From: Planctomycetota bacterium
GTDB lineage: Bacteria; Planctomycetota; B15-G4; SIAN01
DNA: 27,455 nt
Reading direction: 5' to 3'
Assembly (NCBI GenBank): GCA_031409275.1
Contig: JANNXA010000023.1
Span: 1 to 27,455 of the forward strand
A model generated the notes under the pieces. That model had not been told where the DNA came from, ran no database searches, and saw only the letters and a list, made by a program, of their open reading frames with translations. Shown here piece after piece: positions 17,083 to 26,379 of the stretch; within the stretch, counting starts at the first letter, position 1, and each line of letters starts with the position of its first letter. The translations under genes were made by a program, and so were the position numbers.

Positions 17083-18570
17083 ATGCAGTACGGCTTCGTG
17101 ATCGATCACCGGCGCTGCATCGGGTGCCACGCCTGCACGGTCGCGTGCAAGGCGGAGAACGACGTCCCGCTCGGCAACTTCCGGACGTGGGTCAAGTACG
17201 TCGAGAAGGGGACCTTCCCCGAGGTGAAGCGCCACTTCGCGGTGCTGCGCTGCAACCACTGCACCGATGCGCCGTGCGTGACGATCTGCCCGGTGAACGC
17301 GCTCGACAAGCGCAAGGACGGCATCGTCGATCTCGATCGCGACGTCTGCATCGGTTGCCGCGCCTGCATGCAGGCTTGCCCCTACGACGCGCTCGCGCTG
17401 AACGAAGCGACCGGCGCGGTCGAGAAATGCCACTACTGCGCCCATCGAGTGGAGAAGGGGCTGCAACCGGCCTGTGTCATCGTCTGCCCCGAGCAGGCGA
17501 TCATCAGCGGCGACTTCCACGATCCGGCCAGCAAGCCGAGTCGCCTGATGGCGGAGCAGCCGTCGATCCGCCGCCGCACCGAGCAGAACACCGGTCCCAA
17601 CGTCGCCTACATCGGAGTCGAGCCGCTGGCGCTCGAGCCGGGCGCGATCGAGCGCCCCGCCACCTACCTCTGGAGCGAGCGGCCGCCGCAAAAGCCGGAG
17701 ATGTGGCCGCTCACGCTCCCGCTGGTCCCGAACGCGCGCGTCACGCTGGACGCGGGCCACAAGGTCGAGTGGGGCGGTGGAGTCGCGGCCTACCTCGTGA
17801 CCAAGGGGATCGCGGCCGGCGCGGCGATGCTCGCACCGTTCGTCGCGGCGCTGGGGTTGACCGGCTTCGCCGCCGATTGGCTCCCGGAGATCGCAGCGCT
17901 CTTCTTCGTGACGCTCACCACCTTCCTGCTGGTCGAGGATCTCAAGCGCCCCAAGCTCTTCCTCACGCTGCTGACGCGTGGCAATCGCAAGAGCTGGCTC
18001 GTGAAGGGGGCGTGGATCCTGATCGCCTTCTCGATCACGGTCAGCGCGACGCTGGCCGCGCGCTTCTTTCGCATCGATGCGGCGATCGCGCCGCTGCGCT
18101 GGGTGAACGCCGTGCTGGCGCTCGGCGTCGCCGGCTACACCGCATTCCTCTTCGCGCAGTGCGAGGGGCGCGACCTGTGGCAGGGGAAGCTCCTGCTGCC
18201 GCATCTGCTCGCGCAGGCGCTCTTCTGCGGCGCGGCGCTCTTCCTGCCGTTTGCGGCGGCAGCGCGCGAGGGGCTGCAGGCCGTCCTCGCCATCGGCGTC
18301 GCGGTGCACCTGCTCTGCTGCCTTGCCGAGCGCTGGATGAAGCACGCGACGGCGAATGCGCGCCAGGCCGCGGCATTCCTCGATGTGGTGAAGTTCGCCG
18401 GAAAGATCCCCGCGTTCCGCTTCGGAATGGTGGTGGTCGGCGCGCTGCTGCTGCCGCTCAGCAACGGCCCGGCCGCGATGCTCTTCGTCGTCCCGCTCCT
18501 GGCGTGGTGGGGGCTCTTCCTGTGGGAATGGGCCTACGTGCGAGCGGGGCAGCTGCCGCCGTTGTCGTGA
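17083..18570 (+). CDS. 4Fe-4S dicluster (NrfC/PsrB-like) protein fused to an NrfD/PsrC-like membrane anchor
   Basis: Cys motifs CIGCHACTVAC, CNHCTDAPC, CIGCRACMQAC and CHYC..PACVIVC, followed by about 8 hydrophobic helices with LVEDLKRP..SWLVKGAWIL. Confidence 0.9.
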   Translation: MQYGFVIDHRRCIGCHACTVACKAENDVPLGNFRTWVKYVEKGTFPEVKRHFAVLRCNHCTDAPCVTICPVNALDKRKDGIVDLDRDVCIGCRACMQACPYDALALNEATGAVEKCHYCAHRVEKGLQPACVIVCPEQAIISGDFHDPASKPSRLMAEQPSIRRRTEQNTGPNVAYIGVEPLALEPGAIERPATYLWSERPPQKPEMWPLTLPLVPNARVTLDAGHKVEWGGGVAAYLVTKGIAAGAAMLAPFVAALGLTGFAADWLPEIAALFFVTLTTFLLVEDLKRPKLFLTLLTRGNRKSWLVKGAWILIAFSITVSATLAARFFRIDAAIAPLRWVNAVLALGVAGYTAFLFAQCEGRDLWQGKLLLPHLLAQALFCGAALFLPFAAAAREGLQAVLAIGVAVHLLCCLAERWMKHATANARQAAAFLDVVKFAGKIPAFRFGMVVVGALLLPLSNGPAAMLFVVPLLAWWGLFLWEWAYVRAGQLPPLS

Positions 18571-18657
18571 ACTGCCGCAGGTAGCCGCGCCTCGATCGCC
18601 GACGGCCACTTCGCCGAACCGCTGCGGCTTCTATGGGAGGCGGCGTGACCTGTCGCG

Positions 18658-18702
18658 GGGTGGCCGCAGCCGGTCGAACGCAGCCGACATTCTGTTAGGC
18701 GC
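18658..18702. repeat. Right-end fragment of the MITE-like repeat found at 27318-27455
   Basis: gggtggccgcagccggtcgaacgcagc (18658-18684) is identical to 27427-27453. cattctgttaggcgc (18688-18702) is the exact reverse complement of 27318-27332. Confidence 0.8.
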
Positions 18703-18704
18703 GC

Positions 18705-20369
18705 TCAGTAGTCCCAGCCGAGCCGCAGCTGCAGTCCCTGCGTCATCGAGAGGCCGCCGGCGGCGCCAGGATCGAGCTCCACGACCTGCAGGAAGAAGTC
18801 GGAGAAGCCGAGCGCGGGGTCGTCGGGGAGATCCTCGCTGGCGCTGAAGCCGGCTGCCGGGATCGTGACGGGCAGCACGATCAGCGGCAGCACCAGCAGC
18901 GTCCCGCCCTTCTTGAGCGGGATCGTGGCGGTGGCATCTCCGATCAGCACCCAGCCGGTGGTCGTGGCGCCGCGCGAGTTGTTGGCGGTGAAGGTCAACG
19001 TGGCGCCGAGCTCGGGATCGCCGCTGACGGCGAGCGTCGGCGTGCCGAGCGTGCCGGGGAAGCCCGCGCCGTAGCTCGACTGCGAAGCGGGGCAGCCGAG
19101 GACGGCATGGACGATGCCTCGATTGCTGCCGGTCGCGCCGTACCACGCACTCGCCGGGATCAGCAGGTCGCCGATGCCGTCGCCGTTCCAGTCACCGGTG
19201 GCGAGGCTCCAGCCGAATCGCAGGTCGTGCGAGTCGGTCACGTCCTGGCCGTCGAACCGGTGCAGCTCGATGCCCGTCGCGCCAGAGAAGACGTGGACCG
19301 AGCCGAAGGGGGCCGCGGCGATCGCGGTGGCGAATTGCTCGGCGATGCCGTCACCGTCCCAGTCGCCGCCCGCGCCAAGGAAGTTCCCGAGCTGCTCCCC
19401 GGTGGCGCCGTACGTCGTGCGCAGGATGGCCAGCGTCGCACCACTGCGCAGCTCGACCCGGCCGTCATGCGTGCCCGAGCGGACGCCGGCGCCGATCAGG
19501 AAGTCCTCGACGCCGTCCTGGTCGACATCGTCCGTTCCGACGAGAGCTTCGCCGAGCCCGTCGTCGACACCGACGCCGCTGAGGGTCCGGATCCACGCGC
19601 CATCGGCGCCGGAGAAGATGCGGACGTAGCCTTCGTACTTCGCGGTGATCCAGCCGAAGGCATACCCGATCGCGAAGTCGCGTCGACCATCGCCGTCGAC
19701 GTCGCCGATCCGCGCCATCGAGCTGATGAACTGGTTGGGCGTGTTGAGCGTCGTCAGGTACGCCCCGGTCGCGCCGCTCAAGACGTCGACATCGTCTGTG
19801 CCGGTGAGGTAGGCGGCCAGCAGATCGGCGCGGCCATCGCCATCGAGGTCATCGATCGCGCAGAGTTCGCGGCCGAAGTAGTCGAAGCCATCGAGCCCGT
19901 CGGACGCCCAGAGCAGCTGTCCGGTTGCGCCACTGTAGGCCTCGACGCGGCCGGCGGCCGAGTTGGACCCGGCGTCGTGAAAGGGCGCCGACGCCGCGTA
20001 GTCGGGGATCGTGTCGCCATCGACATCGCCGAGCGCAACCACATGGTCGCCGAGGAAATCGAAGTTGGCTCCGCCGACATGGGTGCGGATCAGCGTCCCG
20101 GTTGCGCCGCTGATGACGTGGATCTGTCCCACGTCGATCCCGGTCGCCGTGTCCGCAGACGGTTCGCCGACGATCCAGTCGTCGCATTGGTCGCCGTCGA
20201 TGTCGCCGATCATCACGACCGCCGCGCCGAGCTCCGCCCCGTCTTGTGTCCCTTCCAGGCGCAGCTGTTCGACCTGGGCACGAGCCGTGGTCGCGACCGC
20301 CAGGACGGCGCACCACGCCGCCGCGGTCGCCCCGAAGACGCGTTTCGTTTTCGCCACCCGTTGCCGCAT
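18705..20369 (-). CDS. Secreted FG-GAP (integrin alpha beta-propeller-like) repeat protein
   Basis: Repeated GDxDGDGxxDxxxG and xxFSGATG motifs, and a signal peptide ending ARA-Q. Start re-assigned to ATG 20369, with RBS AGAGGAG. Confidence 0.9.
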   Translation of the reverse strand: MRQRVAKTKRVFGATAAAWCAVLAVATTARAQVEQLRLEGTQDGAELGAAVVMIGDIDGDQCDDWIVGEPSADTATGIDVGQIHVISGATGTLIRTHVGGANFDFLGDHVVALGDVDGDTIPDYAASAPFHDAGSNSAAGRVEAYSGATGQLLWASDGLDGFDYFGRELCAIDDLDGDGRADLLAAYLTGTDDVDVLSGATGAYLTTLNTPNQFISSMARIGDVDGDGRRDFAIGYAFGWITAKYEGYVRIFSGADGAWIRTLSGVGVDDGLGEALVGTDDVDQDGVEDFLIGAGVRSGTHDGRVELRSGATLAILRTTYGATGEQLGNFLGAGGDWDGDGIAEQFATAIAAAPFGSVHVFSGATGIELHRFDGQDVTDSHDLRFGWSLATGDWNGDGIGDLLIPASAWYGATGSNRGIVHAVLGCPASQSSYGAGFPGTLGTPTLAVSGDPELGATLTFTANNSRGATTTGWVLIGDATATIPLKKGGTLLVLPLIVLPVTIPAAGFSASEDLPDDPALGFSDFFLQVVELDPGAAGGLSMTQGLQLRLGWDY

Positions 20370-20566
20370 GGTTCGCACTCCTCTGGTCGCTTGCGGGCGA
20401 TGCCGTCGCCGCGCGTTGGACCGGTTGGTGTCGTGCCGCGGCGCTCCAGTCAAGCGGGGCGGGAACGGGGGCGCCGTGCGGCGCGGCGCCGCCGCCGGAA
20501 GCCGCGGCCAGCGACCGGCGGGCCGACTCTCGCCGCAGGGTCGGCGACCCGCTACGGTGCCGCACC

Positions 20567-23350
20567 ATGCGCAGCCACGATCCCGAAGAGATGACGGTCA
20601 CGCCGCTCGAGAACTTCCCGCCGCTCGACCAGTGGGATGACTGGGTCGAGTACGAGTCGAAGAGCTGGCCGAAGAAGGTCGAGAAGCACTACATGCTGCT
20701 TCCGACCATCTGCTTCAACTGCGAGGCGGCGTGCGGTCTGGTGGCGTACGTCGACAAGCAGGATCTGTCGATCCGCAAGCTCGAAGGCAATCCGTATCAC
20801 CCCGGCTCGCGCGGCCGCAACTGCGCGAAGGGGCCGGCGACGCTGAACCAGGTCGAGGACCCGGGCCGGATCCTCTATCCGATGAAGCGGGTCGGGCCGC
20901 GCGGCGGCGGCAAGTTCGAGCGCACGACGTGGGACGAGGTGCTCGACGTCTTCGCCAAGAAGATCCGCGCGGCGCTCGTCGAAGGGCGCAAGACCGAAGT
21001 GATGTACCACGTCGGCCGACCCGGACACGACGGCTACATGGATCGCGTGCTGCAGGCGTGGGGCGTCGACGGCCACAACAGCCACACCAACGTCTGCAGC
21101 GCGGCCGCGCGGCTCGGCTACGCGCTGTGGCAGGGCGTCGATCGACCCTCGCCCGACCACGCCAACGCGAAGTTCATCCTGCTCTTGTCGAGCCACCTGG
21201 AGACGGGCCACTACTTCAACCCGCACGCGCAGCGGATCATCGACGGGAAGATGGCGGGCGCGAAGCTGTGCGCCATCGACATCCGCCTGTCGAACACGGC
21301 CTCGATGGCCGACTACTGGATGGCGCCGAATCCCGGCAGCGAGGCGTTCCTGCTGCTCGCCTTCGCGCACGTGATCCTCGAAGAGGGGCTGATCGATCGG
21401 AAGTTCGTCGACGAGTGGACCAACTGGCCCGAGTACATGGCGGCGCTGGCGCCCGACGCGCCGGCGACCTTCGAGCAGTTCCTGGTCGAGTTGAAGCGCC
21501 ACTACGCGCAATACACCCCCGACGCGGCGGCGAAGGAGTGTGGCGTCGCGAAGGAGCAGATCGTCGCCGTCGCGCGCGAGATCGGGAAGGCGGGCCACGG
21601 CTTCGCGAGCCACGTCTGGCGCAACGCGGCGTCGGGCAACCGCGGCGGCTGGCAGGTCGCGCGCTGCCTCCATTTCCTGTCGGTGCTGGTCGGTGCGGTG
21701 GGTTCCGAAGGCGGCACCAACTTGAACACCGCCGACAAGTTCGTGCCGGCGCCGTTCGCCAAGCCACCGCCGCAGAAAGTGTGGAACGAGCTGCTCTACC
21801 CGCGCGAGTGGCCGCTCTCCCACCACGAGCTCTCCTACCTGCTGCCGCATCTGCTGAAGGACGGCCGCGGCAAGCTCGCCGCCTACTTCACGCGCGTCTA
21901 CAACCCGGTCTGGACCAACCCCGACGGGATGATGTGGGAGCAGGTGCTGCGCGACGAGAAGCTGGTCGAGTTGCACGCCGCGCTGACGCCGACCTGGAGC
22001 GAGACGGCGCAGTACGCCGACTACGTGCTGCCGATGGGGCTCGGTGCCGAGCGCCACGACCTGATGTCGCAGGAGACGCACGCTGGCCGCTGGATCGGCT
22101 TCCGGCAGCCGGTTCGCCGCGCCGCGATGGCGAAGCTCGGCAAGAAGGTCGAGTGGACCTGGCAGGCCAACCCCGGCGAGGTGTGGGAAGAGGACGAGTT
22201 CTGGATCGCGCTGTCATGGCGCATCGATCCCGACGGGTCGCTCGGCGTGCGGCAGTGGTTCGAGTCGCCCTACCGCAAGGGCGAGCGGATCACCATCGAC
22301 GAGTACTACGGCTGGATCTTCGAGAACACCGTGCCGGGGCTGCCCGAGGCGGCGAAGGCGATGGGCCTCACGCCGCTCGAGTACATGCGCAAGTTCGGGG
22401 CGTTCGAGATCAAGGGCAGCACCTACGACACCTTCAAGAAGCCGCTCGCGGAGAAGGAGCGGGCCGGCACGAGCGACGATGCTGCGAAGCGCATCGTGGT
22501 GAAAGACGGCAAGGCGGTCGGCGTGCTGGCCGAGGGGGCGGCGCGCGTCGGGCTCGCCACACCCAGCCGCCGTTTCGAGCTCTACAGCAAGACGATGGCC
22601 GATTGGGGCTGGCCCGAGCAGGCGCTGCCCGGCTACCTCGAGAGCCACGTGCACCCGAAGCACCTCGATCCGGCGCACGGCGACTACGTCCTGGTGCCGA
22701 CCTTCCGCCTGCCCACGCTGATCCACACGCGCAGCGCGAACGCGAAGTGGCTTTACGAACTGTCGAACACCAACCCGGTCTGGATCCACCCGACCGATGC
22801 GAAGCGGCTCGGCCTCGAGACGCTCGACCTCGTGCGCGTCGCGACGCGCATCGGCCACTTCATCAACAAGACCTGGGTGACCGAGGGGGTGCGGCCCGGT
22901 GTCATCGCCTGCAGCCACCATCTCGGCCGTTGGCGACTGTTCGACGAGGGCGGCACCGATCGCTGGGCCAGCGCGCTGGTGAAGCGCGAAGAGCTCTCGC
23001 CCGGCCGCTTCCGCTTCCGTCGCGTGAAGGGCATCGCGCCGTGGAAGTCGAGCGACAAGGACAGCTCGCGCGTCTGGTGGACCGACGGCGGCGTGCACCA
23101 GAACCTCACCTTCCCGGTGCAGCCCGACCCGATCAGCGGCATGCATTGCTGGCACCAGCGCGTCCACGTCGAGAAGGCGCGCGCCGGCGATGCCTACGGC
23201 GACGTCGAAGTCGACACCGTGAAGTCGATGGAGGTCTTCCGCGAGTGGATGGCGCTCGCCCGCCCCGGACCGGGACCTGACCACCTGCGGCGACCGCTCT
23301 GGTTCAACCGCGCGGTGAAGCCGGCGCCGGAGGCGTACAAGTTCCCGTGA
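20567..23350 (+). CDS. Mo-bisPGD (DMSO reductase family) oxidoreductase catalytic subunit, no Tat signal
   Basis: 4Fe-4S motif CFNCEAACG..GSRGRNCAKG, RILYPMKR, probable Mo ligand segment HNSHTNVCS, SETAQYADYVLP, and a C-terminal dinucleotide-binding domain (WIHPTDA, TEGVRPG). Start is ATG 20567 or ATG 20591. Confidence 0.92.
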   Translation: MRSHDPEEMTVTPLENFPPLDQWDDWVEYESKSWPKKVEKHYMLLPTICFNCEAACGLVAYVDKQDLSIRKLEGNPYHPGSRGRNCAKGPATLNQVEDPGRILYPMKRVGPRGGGKFERTTWDEVLDVFAKKIRAALVEGRKTEVMYHVGRPGHDGYMDRVLQAWGVDGHNSHTNVCSAAARLGYALWQGVDRPSPDHANAKFILLLSSHLETGHYFNPHAQRIIDGKMAGAKLCAIDIRLSNTASMADYWMAPNPGSEAFLLLAFAHVILEEGLIDRKFVDEWTNWPEYMAALAPDAPATFEQFLVELKRHYAQYTPDAAAKECGVAKEQIVAVAREIGKAGHGFASHVWRNAASGNRGGWQVARCLHFLSVLVGAVGSEGGTNLNTADKFVPAPFAKPPPQKVWNELLYPREWPLSHHELSYLLPHLLKDGRGKLAAYFTRVYNPVWTNPDGMMWEQVLRDEKLVELHAALTPTWSETAQYADYVLPMGLGAERHDLMSQETHAGRWIGFRQPVRRAAMAKLGKKVEWTWQANPGEVWEEDEFWIALSWRIDPDGSLGVRQWFESPYRKGERITIDEYYGWIFENTVPGLPEAAKAMGLTPLEYMRKFGAFEIKGSTYDTFKKPLAEKERAGTSDDAAKRIVVKDGKAVGVLAEGAARVGLATPSRRFELYSKTMADWGWPEQALPGYLESHVHPKHLDPAHGDYVLVPTFRLPTLIHTRSANAKWLYELSNTNPVWIHPTDAKRLGLETLDLVRVATRIGHFINKTWVTEGVRPGVIACSHHLGRWRLFDEGGTDRWASALVKREELSPGRFRFRRVKGIAPWKSSDKDSSRVWWTDGGVHQNLTFPVQPDPISGMHCWHQRVHVEKARAGDAYGDVEVDTVKSMEVFREWMALARPGPGPDHLRRPLWFNRAVKPAPEAYKFP

Positions 23351-23488
23351 CCTTTGCACCGTTCGAGCGAGCGCTCGATCGGTGAGCTCGCTGGCAGCAT
23401 TTCGTGCTGCCGGTCGGCAGGAGCGCTGCTCCTGCCTCGAAGCGAAGCACGATGCTGCGCTCTGCTGAACCGCGGTTGACACCGCTCG

Positions 23489-24901
23489 TTGCGCTCCATG
23501 CCTTCCCACCGCGTGGAGCGAGCCGTGGCAACGATCGAGCAGACTCGCTGGTTCGTGGCGCGAATGGGCGCGATGTGGCTGGCGTGCGCGCCGTTGCTGT
23601 TCGCACGGCCGGCGCCGCAGTCGGACGAGGTCCTCGAGATCCCGGCACGACGCGAGCGGCTCGACGAGCTGCGACCGTCGCCGCGAACCGTGCTGCGCAT
23701 CGAGGTCGACCAACTCCTGCCCGACGGCGAGTGGCAGCGCCCATCAAGCGGCCGGGCGCGCGTCGAGTTCTTCGCGCGCGGGTTCGTCTACATTCACGAG
23801 CCGTTCCTGCGTGACGGCGTGGCCGAGACGACGCTGCCGGCGATTTGCGAGGCCCTTGCGCCAACGAGCGTCTTCTGGCGCTTCTCGGTTCGCGACGACT
23901 CGAACGAGCTGCTCGGACGCGACTCGGTCTGGCAAACCATCGCCGCGACGCGCCGTCGTGAAGTGCGGGTCGTGCCGGCGCCGCCGACTCGGATCGAAGT
24001 GGTCGCTGCGGAAAGCGGCGCCCCGCTCGATCGCGAGCGTGATCGATGGAGCTGCAAGGTCATGGAGCCGCGCCGGGATTGCGACCAGTGTGGTGAGCGG
24101 AGTTCATCGGCACGGCTTGTGACGATCGGCGACTCGTGGTTCGAAGTGGTCGGCCTCCCGGCTGACGCGATCGCCGGCGAGCTCACTCTCGCGATCTCCG
24201 CTCCAGGTCGGGTCGCGCGAAGCGTGACCGTCGATGCGCGCGCTGGCGGTCGCCGCGAAGTGCGTCTCTGGCCGCGAACGACGATCGAGATCCTCGTCGA
24301 TCGCCGGCCGCTCGAAGGGCACTTCGCCACTTGTATCACCGTCGAGGCGGTGGACGGCGCCATCTGCTGGAGCCAGATGATCGAGCTCCTGAGCACTGCG
24401 AATATGGTCGCCGACGTTCCAGGCTGCGCGCTGATGCTGTTCGATGAGTTTGGGGTTGAGCTCGGACGACTTCCGCAAGCCGCGAGCTCGTCGAGCGGCG
24501 ATGTCGTTCTACCTCGCCAAGTCGAACTCGCCGCCGGCCGCCTCCGTTGGGGGGGAGGTTTGTCTCGTGGCGGTTCGCCATCGAGACGGGGATGCCGTCA
24601 TAGCGACGTCGAGCGCCCGGTCTCGACGGTGCGCATCGAGCTGCGTGACGGTGCGACGTGCGTGCCGTGCGCTTCCTGGCTGCGGTTCATCGACGAAGAG
24701 CCGGAGGTCGCGGGGATTCGGGCTGATGGAGCGGCGGCGATCGCGCAAATGGGGGCGCCGGGTCCCTACACGCTGGTATTCGACCCGATCGACGGTTTCG
24801 CGCCGATTGCGCCGATCTACGTCGACGTGCCTGGAGTGCCTTCCGGGCAAGTCGTCGCGCTCGCGCCGATCGTGATCGCGCTGCGCCGTGAACAGCGCTG
24901 A
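23489..24901 (+). CDS. Hypothetical exported beta-rich protein
   Basis: Long ORF with coding-like GC3 bias and a hydrophobic segment MWLACAPLLFA, so the true start may be about 75 bp downstream. No family recognised. Confidence 0.55.
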   Translation: MRSMPSHRVERAVATIEQTRWFVARMGAMWLACAPLLFARPAPQSDEVLEIPARRERLDELRPSPRTVLRIEVDQLLPDGEWQRPSSGRARVEFFARGFVYIHEPFLRDGVAETTLPAICEALAPTSVFWRFSVRDDSNELLGRDSVWQTIAATRRREVRVVPAPPTRIEVVAAESGAPLDRERDRWSCKVMEPRRDCDQCGERSSSARLVTIGDSWFEVVGLPADAIAGELTLAISAPGRVARSVTVDARAGGRREVRLWPRTTIEILVDRRPLEGHFATCITVEAVDGAICWSQMIELLSTANMVADVPGCALMLFDEFGVELGRLPQAASSSSGDVVLPRQVELAAGRLRWGGGLSRGGSPSRRGCRHSDVERPVSTVRIELRDGATCVPCASWLRFIDEEPEVAGIRADGAAAIAQMGAPGPYTLVFDPIDGFAPIAPIYVDVPGVPSGQVVALAPIVIALRREQR

Positions 24902-24915
24902 GCGGTGCCGCGGCC

Positions 24916-26145
24916 TCACTGTTCCTTCGCGAGCCCAGCCTCCAGCATCCGCTGGTACTTCCGTGTCCACTCGTCGGGGTCGAAGCTCTTGAACAGCTCT
25001 TCGACGGCGAGCTGCGCGATGACCTTGCCTTCCGCAGTCACCACCATCGAATCGACCGGGTAGGTGTAGGCGGCGAGGATCGCTCGCGCGACGACGCGCG
25101 CCTCATCGGTGGCAAAGGCCGCGTCGATGGCGGCGCGCGAGACGAACTGCGGCCGCACGATCCAGGCGTTGACGAACTCCTCGTTCAGCTGCTCGATCAC
25201 TTCCAGGTTCGAGAGCGGACCCGCTCTCAGCGTCTTGCCCGAGCCTCAGCAACTCTCGTCATCGAGCGTGCCGAACAGCGCCACCACGTGCAGCGGCTTG
25301 CCGCTCTGCGTCGCCTCTTCCACCGCCGCCTCGAAGGGCAGCCAGTCGACTTTGGCGAAGTCGTAGAAGCAGCGCGCCAACAGCGTCGCCGCGCGTTCCT
25401 CGTCGATCTGCGCGTTCCACGGCTCGCGGGTCACGATCTGCGCGAGCGTGTCGGTGTGGTCGTTCGCGGCGCCGGTGAGTCCGAGTCGCGGCACGTAGCC
25501 GATGTCCGCCTCGACCATCGCAGGCTTGCCGTCGCCACTCGGCTGCGCCCAGTTGAGGTCGACATTGCTGTCGCGCGCTGGAACGCCGAGTTCAAGCGCC
25601 AGCGGCCGGTTGCTGACGCGCTCGAAGACGATGCGTCCCGCGAGCTGCGCTGGCGTGTACCACGAGCCGATGTCATCGAGCGGGAAGTCGGCATGGAGGC
25701 GCACCTGCACGACGTCGAGCTGTTCGTTGCGTGCCACGAGCAGCGCGAAGCCACCGTCCGTTTGACACGCCAGGTGCATCTCGAGCTGCGCGGTCGCGTG
25801 GAGCTGGCGCACGATCGGCAGGACACGCTCAGGATCGAGCCGCCAGCTCGTTCCGACGGTCGCCGTCGCGGGCGGCGCGAAACCGGAGAGCTCCGCGTCG
25901 CTCCACGTGTGCTGCCGCTCCGCGGGCGCCAGCGTGGCCAGCCGCGGCCAGCGCTGCTGGAAGCCGTAGGCTGAACGCGCGATCGGCTCCCAGACGGCCG
26001 TCACGACGAGTCCGTCGCCCTTCGCGGTCGCTGCGGTGGCGATCTCACCGGGAGTCCACGCGATGACTCCGACGCCCATCAGCCACGCGCTGTAGCGGAA
26101 TCGCTTGGCGAACGAAGTTGCTTTTGTGGTGGCAGTCATCGGCAC
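24916..26145 (-). CDS. Selenoprotein N (SELENON)-like selenoprotein; in-frame TGA at 25246-25248 read as Sec
   Basis: ORFs 25246-26145 and 24916-25200 are in the same frame. Readthrough gives KPLHVVALFGTLDDESC-U-GSGKTLRAGPLSNLEVIEQLNEEFVNAW..YTYPVD, matching the eukaryotic SelN signature ..GALDDQSCUGSGRTLR... A SECIS-like hairpin follows the TGA. About 409 aa, with an alternative ATG start at 26139. Confidence 0.88.
25211..25228 (-). promoter_or_regulatory. Bacterial SECIS-like hairpin of the SelN-like gene
   Basis: mRNA sense GAGAGCG-GGUC-CGCUCUC: a perfect 7-bp stem with a GGUC loop, 24 nt between the UGA and the loop. Confidence 0.8.
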
Positions 26146-26379
26146 TCTCGTGGCTCGTGAATCGCCCGGGCTTGTGAAGTTGGAGGACCACCGATACGCG
26201 GCAGCGCGGTCGTCGTGAGACGCAAAATCGCTCCGCCATGTTCCCGCGGTGGCTTGGCCGGGGGGATCCGCGTGATCCTCGAAATCGCTGCGGCGCCTCG
26301 CTGGCTCCTGCCGGGATAGGCTCGGAGCACGGACGCCGCCGGTCGGTGTCGCGATCGATCAAGTCTGGAGTCCTGCGCC

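Noticed and set aside
20567..23350. Selenocysteine formate dehydrogenase call
   Set aside because: There is no in-frame TGA, and the ligand segment HTNVCS lacks the Fdh ARx(C/U)H signature.
25246..26145. 299-aa and 94-aa ORFs (and likewise 190-aa and 97-aa at 26380-27315) as separate genes or as pseudogenes
   Set aside because: Each pair is in frame across a single TGA at a catalytic Cys position and is followed by a SECIS-like hairpin. Sec readthrough explains them better.
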